Shown here in pieces: positions 34,400 through 45,373 of a stretch of DNA of 64,000 nucleotides. The position numbers were made by a program, and so were the translations under genes. Position 1 is the first letter of the stretch. Each line of letters starts with the position of its first letter. The DNA lies in the NCBI GenBank assembly GCA_965112735.1, contig OZ218961.1, positions 1,922,001 to 1,986,000 on the forward strand, given 5' to 3'. A model generated the notes under the pieces. The model saw nothing but the letters and a program-made list of their open reading frames with translations. It made no database searches and had not been told where the DNA came from. The stretch is from Phaeosaccion multiseriatum. Its lineage: Eukaryota > Protista > Ochrophyta, other classes.

Positions 34400-37300
34400 A
34401 TGTGCGTGGGCCCCAAAAAAATCCCTAGGGAGAGCGATGCAGGCGTCCTGCTTGGGCTCGGGGTTGGGATTTCCACGACATTCACTCTCCTGGGGATCTT
34501 TTTCGCCATCCCTGTGTCCATTATTTACGGTCTCTACGCGGCGCCTCTCTCCACGGCCCTTGTCGTGACGCTTTACTACTTTTTCTGCATGGACGGGGCA
34601 GAACGGAACGGAGAGGGTCGACCGTGGCCATACTTCTCACAGGTATGTTGTTCCTCCCTCACCCAGTAACCCCCATCCAGGTACCAGGTCTCCTCGCTCA
34701 CCCGGCTCTCGGTCATGTATCCTCCCCCTCTCGCCTCAGAACTTTCCTCTCACGGCGGCCGGCCGGAAGTACTTCAATTTCACAATGACTGTCCACCCGA
34801 AACTGCGAGAGAGTCGCGACCAGCATATCATCGCGATACACCCTCACGGAGTCATGTCCGACTTTCGGTTGCAGCTCGACGGCGTCGTTCACAACTACCT
34901 ACCCAACGTAAGTCACTGAAGGAGTGAGCAACTGAGTGAAGTGACTGAGATGTGGAAGTGAAGCTTGTTCGTCACTTCGTTAGCACATACAACTCGGCAT
35001 CTCTCCCCGCTCTCTCACACAACTGTGTGAACTCCCCCCTCTCCTCTGCGCCGTATTTTCCTCCCCCGCTGTCCATTCCGTGTGCGTGTATCCCTCCCGT
35101 GCGTGCAGCTCAAGTCATGGCGTGCCCTTGCGGCAAGTGTGCTGTTCAAGTTGCCAGTGATGCGTGAGATGGCCTTGTGGACACACTGCATAGACGCAAG
35201 CAGGACTACCGCAGAGCGAGCACTTGCCAAGGGCCACAGCCTGTTCATAGTGGTGCGTTGCTGAGCCTTGGGAGGGAGAGAAGGAAGGAGGGAGGGAGGG
35301 AGGGACGGACGGAAGGAAGGAGGGAGGAAGGGAGGGAGGGAGGGAGGAAAGGAGGAAGGAAGGGAGGGAGGGGCGGGGAGAGAGGGAGAGGGAGGGAGGG
35401 GAGAGGGAGTGGGAGGGAGGCAAAAAGAGGGAGAGGGAGCGGAGAGGGAGAGGTAGAGGGACGTATGGAGGAAGTCCGTATACCCTCACACCTATTGATT
35501 TTGCCTTTACAATCGAACGGGAGCTGTTGTGCCTCCCGACTGCTTGATTGATGCACCAATGGCACTAACTGAAGGACTAAATGGATGCACCAATGGCACA
35601 GAGTGAAGAACTAACTGAAAGGTGCCCTCTCTATTGATTGATTGATTGATTGATTGACCATTATACCCTCCCAGGTGGGTGGGGAGAGGGAGCAGATTTT
35701 GGGCTCGTTCGGCACTGAGGTAGTGTATGTGAAAAAGCGCCTTGGCTTCATCAGACTAGCCCTGAGCAACGGCGTGTCAGTCGTACCCAGGTGAGTGAGT
35801 GAGTGAGTGAGTGAGTGAGAGAGGGAGAGTGAGTGAGTGAGTGAGTGAGTGAGTGAGTGAGTGTGCATTAGCTAAAGGGTACTGCTGTTAGTCTTACGGG
35901 GCGGAAGGGACGCACACACGCAGCGAAGGCGAGACACACACACACACACGTACATACACACACAGAAGGAAAAAAACCACACACACAATCACATTCGCGG
36001 TCGTGCTTGCTTGTTGTGTGTCATCTCCACTCAGGCAGATAGACAGACAGGCTTTCTGCAGTGAGGATCAAAATAGCTCTTCACGTCTCTCAACTCCCTC
36101 CCCCCTCCTTTTACGTGAACACTTATCAATGCCCATATGCGTTGTGTGGGGCTGGTGTGGCACTCACTACCCTGCCCTGCCCATACACCTCTATCCTGCC
36201 CTATCCATGCACCTCTACCCTGCCCTGCCCATACACCTCTACACTACCCTGCACGTACACCTCATACACCTTAACCCTACCCTGCTCTACCCTGCCCATG
36301 TACCTCTACTCTATCCTGCCCTGCCCATACTCCTCTTCACCCATGCACTTCTACCCTACCCTTGCCCTGTTATACACCTCCGTCCACCCACATCCATCGA
36401 CCTCTGGCATTCTCAACAGCTACTGCTTCGGGGTTACTGATGCCTATCGGACATCACGCTTTCTCCACGACTTTCGCTACTGGCTCGTCTGCAAAGCACA
36501 GGCAAGCAACTATGCAGGCACAAATTTCAGTTTTATTTGGTTTAGCAGTTGAAATTTCGGTTCAGATCGGAGATAATCAATCGACGCACAATATCGAACG
36601 TATCGATACACTCCAGAGGTCACACGAACGCTTCCGAAACCTCCAAGGAACTAGCGCTTGATCCCACGCACAAGTGGCGCCTGACCTGAGCCTGAACCCC
36701 CCCCCCTCCCCTTCGATTGCTCGTTTCGGTCGCGTATTGGTGGTACACGTGTGGTGTTCACAGGTGGCTATTCCCATCTTCTGGGGGAGGTGGGGTTTGC
36801 CCTGCCCCTATCCGGTACGTGGGGGGGTGTCAGGACGAGGGTGGGAGGTGTCAGGACGAGGGTGGGAGGTGTCAGGACGAGGGTGGGAGGTGTCAGGACG
36901 AGGCAGAGGAGAGGAAAGGAGGGGAGGAGAGAGCAGGGACTCGTCCACGCCTTGTCCTCCTTGTGCTCCTCGGGGCGTGTGCACATTGCGCATATATACA
37001 CTACGACGTGTGCACATTTCGCGTATCTATATATTACTTCGTAGTATACATACGGTCATATGGAACATGACCATGCGCGGAGGGGGAGCGAGGGAGGCGG
37101 ACGATTGCTCTAGGTCCAAGACGGGTCGGTCTCTCTCTCAATCGTCTCTGTATATCTCAGCCCTTCTTCTCTTTCATGTATCTCTCTCGCTCTCTGCCTC
37201 CCACACACTCACATTTTCGTCTCCCTCTCTCTATTCATCTCCCTCATACGCTACTCTCCGCTTCCCTCCCTCTTCAGCTCCTCCTCTCTCTCTGTCTCCC

Positions 37301-37723
37301 TCTCTTATTCTGTCTCTCTGTCTCTCTGTCTCCCTCTCTCTTATCCTCTCTCTCCCTCTTCTCTTCTGTCTCACTGTATCTCTGTCTCCCTCTCTCCTTA
37401 TGTATAATCATGTAAACAAATACGTGTATCTCTCTCCCTCCACTCCTCCTCTCTCCTTCCCACTGCTCCCCCCGCAGGTGAGAACAAGTATGGTACTGGG
37501 CGAACCTCTCGTCTTCAGCACGCCCAAGCACAAGCAAGCAGACATCAGCAGCAGCAAGGGTGGCAGCAAGGGCGGCACCAACGGATCTGGCGGGTCCAGA
37601 TGGCAACCGACGGAGGAGGAGGTGACGAAAGCGCATCAACAGTTTGTGGATGCGCTGACCAAGCTGTTTGACGAACACAAGGAGAGGTTCGGTTACGGAG
37701 AGCGAGAGTTAGTCATTTGCTGA
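34400..37723 (+). CDS. DGAT2/MGAT-family (DAGAT) acyltransferase; 7 exons
   Basis: N-terminal TM region, [24 protein letters not shown]|[37 protein letters not shown], and [27 protein letters not shown]. Intron 36502-36763 has a GC donor. Confidence 0.93.
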
Positions 37724-38232
37724 CTAGCTTAACTCTTTTTTTTTTGTGTGACTTTCCTACTCCCCTTTTTTGTGAGTGACTAAACTTGATTGAGCGAGTG
37801 TGGGTGTCAAGGCATAAGTGAACAGCGTGCCACAACAACAGACTTGAGAGCAGGAGAGCATGAGGAAGGGGGGAAGGGACGGCCACGTCACGCCTCTCTA
37901 TCCATTAATTAAAATTTTATAGCATGGCAAGCTCGCTCCCCTCCTTCCTTCAAGGAAAGGTTTTTAGCTTGGGTCACTCACTCTGTCAGCTTGGGTCACC
38001 ACTCACTCTGTCAGTCAGTCTGTCTCGGTCTCCAGCCCCAACACCCTCCTCTGCCTTCACAGGCAAACGCCTTCACAGCAATACCCGCAGCATTCCGCAG
38101 TACTAGCGCTTAGCTTTTAGCGCTTAATTTTTCTTTCGGATGACGTACCCTACTTGACACACTTCACGTCCTCCCCGGGGGGCGATGGGGTTCTCGTGTC
38201 AAAGATGGCAGCACATATGGCGACAGTTACTC

Positions 38233-40555
38233 TCACGCCGCCGCTGCTTGCAGGGCTCCTCCCTTCGCCCCCCGGATCCCCCCTGCTGCTGCCACACCGA
38301 CCTTCCCCTCGTCCCCCTCCTCTTCCTCGTCCTCCTCCTCGTCCTCCTCCTCCTCCAGGTCCTTCTTGTCCAACCCAATGCGATCGTCCCCTGTTTTGAA
38401 GAAGGTGTAGCTAAGGGTAATGTTGGTGACATTGTTCATGGCAGGGTCGCTGAGCATTTCGGGGTCCAGGAAGAAGAATACGGGCATATCTATCTCCTCC
38501 CCCGATCGAAGGCGCTGCTCCTCGAAGCAAAAGCACTGAATCTTGTTGAAGTAGATACCCGCCTTTGTGTGTGTGTGTGTGTGTGTGGTAGGGTGGTAGG
38601 GGGGGGGAGGGCAGATACAGAGAGCACGCTTTGGTTTGACTTCAAGCTTCACCACTTCCAGTTGAATAGGATATGATTCTCCCCTACTCGCGAGGACTAC
38701 ACCATCGCATCGAGAGAGCAAGATCACAACCATCCAGAGTCGAACATCCGAACAGACCAGACTAGCACCAGAGTATCAATGAATCAGTGGCTGACGAAGG
38801 AATCAGTGACTGGCGAATGAATCAGTGACTGCCGAAGTATACGCAAGCGCCAACCTTGAGGGGAAAGACGTTGTATGTGGCCACGCCGGTGATGTTCTTG
38901 TCGGAGGGGTTGCGAGCCGTAAAGAAGGCTAGGGCTGTCTCTCCAGGGAGAACCTTTGGGCACCGTATAGGGCGGGCGGGGGGGGGGGGGATGGCAACCG
39001 ATGGCAGCGATAGGATGTGGTGACGATGGGTGATGTGAGGTCGTAGCCAGCAGTAAAAAAACACCAATGGTATTACAGCAAGGCAGCAGTTGGAGAATCA
39101 GAGCAGCAGCAAGGAGGGAAGGAGTAGAAGGAGTAAAAACGAGCAGCAGGAGGGAACCGGCGGCCCCCTGAGAGGTGGGTATACATCGACAAGTGTGAGC
39201 CTTGCGCTTGTCCCGCAGAGAGGTCTGCCCATTCGCCTGCCCATACGCCTGCGCTACCGCTCCAGTTTGCAGTGCCAGTTTGCCTGCCTGCCCGTATGCC
39301 CGCCTGCCTTCCACCCCCTACCCCTGAGGCCGCCATTCCCTTCTGCATTCGCTCTCTCGCTGACGCACCCACGCACTCACGCACTCACCCACTCAACCAA
39401 ACTCACTCACTCATTCACACACTCACTGTCTCACTCATTGACTCACTCATTGACTCACTCACTCACTCACTCCTTCCTTCCTTGCCCTACTTACCTTGAC
39501 GTCTCTCTGTGTGGGATAGAACTTCCACGGCATTGTATCCGCGCAGCCTCCGTCAAAGACGACTCGGATCAGACGCGCCCCCTCCACAGGCTTCACCAAG
39601 GCGGCCTGGTCAGCGTCTGCCACTTGAGTAGTACCGCCGAAGCCCGTAGCCTTTGCAGTACCGGGGTAGAGGGGAAGAGTGGAGCGGGGGATGTGGGGGG
39701 GTTGAAGAGCTAAGGGAGAGCGAGGGAGGCAGGCGGGGGTACAAGACCTCTCTCTCTCTCTAAACGGTCTACAAGCTGGCAGGGGTGGGAACGGGGCCAC
39801 AGCTCAAAGGAGAAAAGAGAAAGGAGGAGGGAGGGCCAATTCTGCCGCATAGATCGAGTTACATCCACCCTTTCCCTCTCTCTCTTTCTCTCCTCTAGTT
39901 GCCTGAATTGCTTTCCCGGTCCTTCGCTCTCCTTCCCTTTCCCTTCGTTGGTTTCGACAATTTACCTCCCTGGCCATCGTACCTGGCAAAATACTTTGTA
40001 GAGTGGCACAGCGGCGTAGCTCAGGCCCAGGAAGGCGATTACTGCCGAGATTAGATACATTCCCATCCTTTCGCTTCGCTCATCCACCGTTTCCCCACCA
40101 CCACCATCGCCTCTGCCTCGCCCTCCTTGTTCCGCCCCAGCACTGTCCCCCTTGGTGCCGTGCTGCCTAGCTGCCGCTCTCCCCGAGGAAATACTCCTGG
40201 AAGCGATGGAGTGGACTGCCGCCATCTCCACGCGCGCTCCGTGTCGCAGATGCGAGGAGCAGAGGTGGAGGTGGGCAGCCTGTCGCAATAGCTGCTGCTC
40301 ATCCACCCCTCCTCGCCTCTGCGGGGGCGGGACGTTGGAGCCAGTGCTCCCGCCTCGCGTCCACAGAGACCTACATCCCGCCCCCCACTTGTTACTACTG
40401 CTGCTCGCTAAGCTCCTTCGGACACCTTTGTTCGCCAAGCCTTCCCTCCGGCCGACCGTCTCTGGTGCTGCTGCTCCTGCTGCTGCCGAGGAGGACGCAG
40501 CAGCTGCACAACGGGCTACATGATACGTTCGTGAGGACAGCGCTTTCATCATCAT
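38233..40555 (-). CDS. COX11: Cytochrome c oxidase assembly copper chaperone COX11; 4 exons
   Basis: Arg/Ser/Ala-rich mitochondrial presequence, SYAAVPLYKVFCQ|ATGFGGT, MPWKFYPTQ, VLPGETALAFF, GVATYNVFP, YFNKIQCFCFEEQRL and TLSYTFF. Confidence 0.97.
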
Positions 40556-40849
40556 CCTTCTTTGTTGTTATTTTATGTCTCTCTATCTCCTATAACAAGG
40601 CTGAGAAATTGGAATTGGAAAATCTTTCTCAATGTTTGGTTTCGGGTTCGGCACGGCAGGGGGTTGGGCCTCGATTCCTCCATTCAAACCGATTCAATCG
40701 AATTCAAGTGCTCCGTTTGGAATTAAATTGGCGGGGCTACATTGTAGTGAGGTCGAGGACACGGCCTTCGTCTTTGGCCCAGACGGACCAGGCAGCAGGT
40801 CAGCTCACCCTTCCTTCCTCCCTTAAATGCATATTTCTGATCGACCCTG

Positions 40850-41350
40850 TGACGCACGCACTCACGAAGTACGCATACTCGGGCACCTCAGTCTCTCTGT
40901 GGAGCGGCCGACAGCTGGGGCGAGAGCGGGCTCCAGTAGACCGGTCTATGGCCGAGCCTATGGTAGGAAACACTCTGCGAAGCAGCAGCAGTCACGCACG
41001 CACTCGCACTCCCTGACATCAAACAACCCCCCTCACACGCACGCCCTCACGCACGTAATCATTCATGTCCTCCCTCACGCACTCACACATGTGGAGCGGA
41101 GCGGATCGACCGCCGGGAGCAGAGCGTGCCCCAGTAGGTCGGTTTCGGGTCTACTCTTTGGGGGAGGACACCGCCCCCCCCTCTTACGAACTTACGAACG
41201 AGCCGTCACGTACGCACCCACTCCCTGACCTACGTCTCCCTCAATCACTCACTCAAATGTGTGTCGAGCGGAGCTGGTCGACCGCCAGGGCCAGAGCATC
41301 CCACAGTAGATCGGTTTGGGGCCGAATCGTTGGAGGGAGACACCTTGCCC
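40850..41350. repeat. Three degenerate ~170-190-bp tandem units
   Basis: The shared block tgt(g/c)gagcgg...cgac(a/c)gc...gagc...cagtag..cggt recurs at ~40898, ~41090 and ~41262. Confidence 0.7.
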
Positions 41351-42028
41351 TCCTCGATCCTCGAAGTCCCCCCCCCCTGTCCCCATGTGAGCAAGCTCCG
41401 GCCCCCCAACACAATAAACAATCTAATGTAATTATTTTAAATTAACAAATGTAAAGTATAGTAAGGTTGCCTGTTATACATAATAGCAGGCAAACATGTA
41501 AATGACTAAGCACCTAAGATGTGGTAAGGATGTGCAAGCCGCCTGCCCGCGGACCTCTCGATCACGCGGGACGAGGCCTAGCTGACCAAAACCCCCCAAC
41601 TTGGGGGTGGAGGGGCGGGGAGAGACAAGTCATGCCTTCCGCCAAGAGCCGAATCCCCGCTGCTGATGCTCCCTCTGCTTGCCTCAGGTGGGGAAACTGC
41701 AGTGCCACTTTTAAAGGTAGCCTCGTGCCCTCCCTTGACCCAGCAAGTTCATTCTCTCCCTCTCCACCGCCACCTCCCTTTACGCTCTCTCCCTATATAG
41801 ATATATATGTATACTCCTCCTCCTCTCTCTCGTTCTCTCTCTGCAGTTGTGTGGCGCTCCCACAACCCGAGCACGGCTCCACTCACTTGTTGGCTCCTCC
41901 CACCTCCAACACGGAGTGCAGAATTGATTAATATGACAACATGCGCCTTGTGCGTCCCTTCCAGTGCCTCCAGCGAAGCACTGCAGCCCCTCCCCCCCCG
42001 TAGTCCGTCCGACAAAAGCCCCGGCAAT

Positions 42029-42472
42029 CTACTCCAGCGGAGAGTCCTCTCCCTCCGGTATTACAGGCAGAGACGGTCTTCGAAATTCGGGTATTCCGTA
42101 CTCGACAGGCCCGCTGTGAGCCGGAGCACGCATGGAGGACTCCTCCGCCTTCCCGTCCGAGAACATCCTGTCGATAAGCATCATGGCGTCCTCATTTGGT
42201 CGCTGTGGAGAGTTCTGCGGTGGCGGTACGCGATAGCCTTGATGTTCTCGGTGTTGTTGTTGCTGCTGCTGCTGATACTGCTGATGGTGTTGATGACGCC
42301 CACGCTTCGGCTTCCTCAGGTTCCAAAAGATCATAACGAGGCTCGACACTGCACATAACGTGGCCAACAGAGGCTCTGGCATGTCCAGTCCTGCTTGCAA
42401 CCTACCTGCCCAACTTGATGCCCTGTCCAAACTGCCTTTGAAAGAAGCACTTGGGAAATTTTCGTGACGCAC
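42029..42472 (-). CDS. Possible small membrane-protein exon, unknown function
   Basis: Non-repetitive ORF with one hydrophobic stretch (LLATLCAVSSLVMIFW) and a Q/H-rich run. No recognisable motif; start and exon structure unresolved. Confidence 0.25.
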   Translation of the reverse strand: MRHENFPSASFKGSLDRASSWAGRLQAGLDMPEPLLATLCAVSSLVMIFWNLRKPKRGRHQHHQQYQQQQQQQHREHQGYRVPPPQNSPQRPNEDAMMLIDRMFSDGKAEESSMRAPAHSGPVEYGIPEFRRPSLPVIPEGEDSPLE

Positions 42473-42891
42473 GGGTTCACAGCCTGCTGCACCGTTGCAG
42501 CTCCTTCCTCCTCTTCCTTTCCGACCCAGTCGTGGTGATGGAGGCGTTAAGGTTGATGTTTGTAGTGCGTTATCAAAGGCTGATTTGTAGTAGCAGGGGG
42601 GCGGGCGTGAGCGACGCGCGCTAAGGGGTCACAGATGGCGTCAGGATTCAAATGCGAATACAATTGTAGATCCGACAATTTTTGGGAACGGTGGGGGGGG
42701 GTTTCATCCACTTTATTCGTGCTAGGTGCAGACAGCAGCTCCTAGCGAAGGGCAACACCTATGGCAGCCTCTATGGCTCGCTCTTGGACCACGGGTCCAG
42801 TCCTCGGGTCCAGTCCGGGCCAGCCTAGAAGAGGAGGAGAGAGGAAGAAGGAAAAAGAGGAGGAGGGGAGGAGAGGGGAGAAGTATCTTTC

Positions 42892-44572
42892 ATGGCGTCC
42901 AGCAGCTGCATCCTCCACTGCCAAGAGGAGCTCTCTCAAACCTTCCCCTTTTCGTCTGACAAGTCAGAGGGGCAGTGTCAGGAGGGCAAGTGTGTTGGAT
43001 GCGGCGAGGGCCTCAGGTGCGTGGACACCCGTAGTCCCTGCTCTTCAATTTATAATTTTGTTTGACGATGAACGTAAAGGCATTTCCCACCCCTCTCATC
43101 GCCCTCCCCCCTCTTCATTACCCTCTTGCGCGCTTCAGCGACTTGAACACTTTCGGCAATGCCGCCTGCGTTTGGAGGGCGTTTACTATGTAGATTTAAC
43201 ACCTCTTTCCCGCCCCTTTGCACCTCGCGCGCGCGCGTGCCTCCCTTCCTCTCTCCCCCTCTTGCCTCTTGCTCGATTCAGTGACTTGAACATTTACGGC
43301 TGTGCCGCCTGCGTTTCGAGGGCGTACAATGCCGGTTTGATGTGGGCCTTACTCGCCATGGAAGCACTCCTCCTTGCTCAAATCGCCTGGGCGCTCTTCC
43401 GCTTCGGACGCCGGACAGACCAGGGCAAGGGCTCCATTGGAGTGAAGCTGAGGCTCGTTGGTATTCTGTTCGTCTTCCTTGGCGTTCTTGGCACCGTCAC
43501 TCTGCCCGTTCTACACCTGACGCGGGGTCGGCACCTGGATTCCCCTTTCATGTGGGGGTCTCTCTTGTCGACCTGCCTCTTGGGAAACTGCAGTGCCTGG
43601 CTGGTCGCAAGACTTTGGATGGATGTTCTTCCAAGTGCCTTGATGCACAAGAGCCCGGAGGTATTGAAGCTGCGAACCTTCATGCACCAACATCTGCATC
43701 TCATCTTACTGTTCGTCGGTTTGCACGGGATTGGCCTGGAATACTTCCTGCTGCACGGCTCCAACGCAAGCCCCGAGCGCTTTTGGCTCGGAATGATCGC
43801 CTGCATCCCCAATGTCAGTATCGTGTGCGTCCTCATCCTGGTCGCCAGCTCTCATCTCCTCAAGGTGCTCCGGGGAATGGGCCAGCTGTCCCCAATTATG
43901 GTCAAAGTCAAGAGGGAGTGCGCCGGCATTCGGGTGGTGACTGCAGTGCTCCTTGTGTGCCCCCCTGTGTTCATATTTTTGTGCAATGTCGAGCCCATGC
44001 GCGCTTGGTTGCTCCAGCGGGCCTTGCTCTCCTACAGCGTCTACATTGCGAACTGCCTCTTCTTTCAGTTCGGCGCCTTTTTCTTTGTGTTCCGCGGAGG
44101 GGTCACGGGGCCGCCCAAAGTGCATCCCGAGAACTCACACTCAAACAAACACTTCGTATCGAAGCCTAGCAGCTTCCACGGTCCTAACTCGCGACCAAAA
44201 GCAGGGGATCATCAACATCTACTCTCGGACGGCCCCCCGCGTACCTCAGCGCAAACAGGACAGCTGCAACAGCAACAGCAACCGCAGCAACAGCAGCAGC
44301 AGCAAAAGCAGCAGCAGCAGCAACAGGGGCAGCCGCAGCCGCAGCCGCAGCAGGAGCAGGAGCAGCAGGAGCAGGAGAAGCTGTTCCTATCGATACCCCC
44401 ATCGTCGCGTGGAGTAGACGTGCTGTCTTTTAGGTCCCTTGCGGAGTCTGAGGTGACTTATCAGGACCCTTGGGGGGCAAGGCATGAAGAACGAGGTGCG
44501 ATTGAGCCCAAGTCAGCGGGGCACACGCGGAGTGGTGGTGCACGCAAAGAGGCACACGTGTCGCCAGTGTGA
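42892..44572 (+). CDS. Cys-rich (EGF-like) N-terminus + 7-transmembrane protein, paralogue B
   Basis: Exon 1 (42892-43016) reads MASSSCILHCQEE...GQCQEGKCVGCGEGLS and is missed by the ORF track. Intron 43017-43281. Exon 2 reads DLNIYGCAACV, then seven hydrophobic segments and a poly-Q tail. Confidence 0.8.
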
Positions 44573-45373
44573 GTGTGAGTGTGTGTGTGTGTGGCCGCCC
44601 TTCCTTCTCCTTCGTACGCTCTTGAAAGAGACTTACGGCGTGTGTTTTGGACTGTCTGTGATATTGACGTGCAGGAATCAACCAAAGAATTACACTTGTG
44701 TATGTTTTGTGTGTGTGTGTGCGTGTGTCGAGGACACTGTGAGAACAGCTCTACCCAGAAACAGTTTGTGTTCAAGAAATCCAACACCATAGAGAATGGG
44801 TAGGGAAAAGAGCATGGAGGTGATAACAGACAAAGGTGTGATAGGGGTTGGAAAGAGAAGAATTATGTGGATGAGTGAGTTTCCAGCCAGCGTACGAGTG
44901 TGGGTGAGGGAACGAGGGGAAGCCAGGCCACTGTTGGGTAATTCAAAACTTCCATATCGTCTTCTTTTTTTGCCTCGTTTTGGGTCAAATCAACTGGGAA
45001 AACAATGGATTCGATATAATGGCGCAGCATCTGAAGACTCAAACGCACAAAACCCTATACATTATGTCTTAATTAAAAAAAATATACAAACAATTAATTC
45101 GATACAATATTTACACGGCGCTTTAACCCTGTTCTACAAGAGGGGTCAATGAATCAAGCCATGAGTATCGAGACACCCTTTGTGCCTCACGAGGCTAGGC
45201 CTGTAACGGCAGCTTGAGCTCTATGTACGGAGGGGTGAGAGCGTCCGCGCCTGGCCCTAGCCCTGTCCCTAGCCAAAGTAAGGCTCAGTAAAGCAGCACC
45301 CCTCGTTAAGCCCTTGCTAACACCGTCATTCACCACTCATTAACCCCGCGTTAACTCCCACGTTAACCCCTCG

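Noticed and set aside
42761-43281. N-terminal part of the 603-aa ORF
   Set aside because: The true exon 1 is in another frame (42892-43016); the rest is leader or intron.
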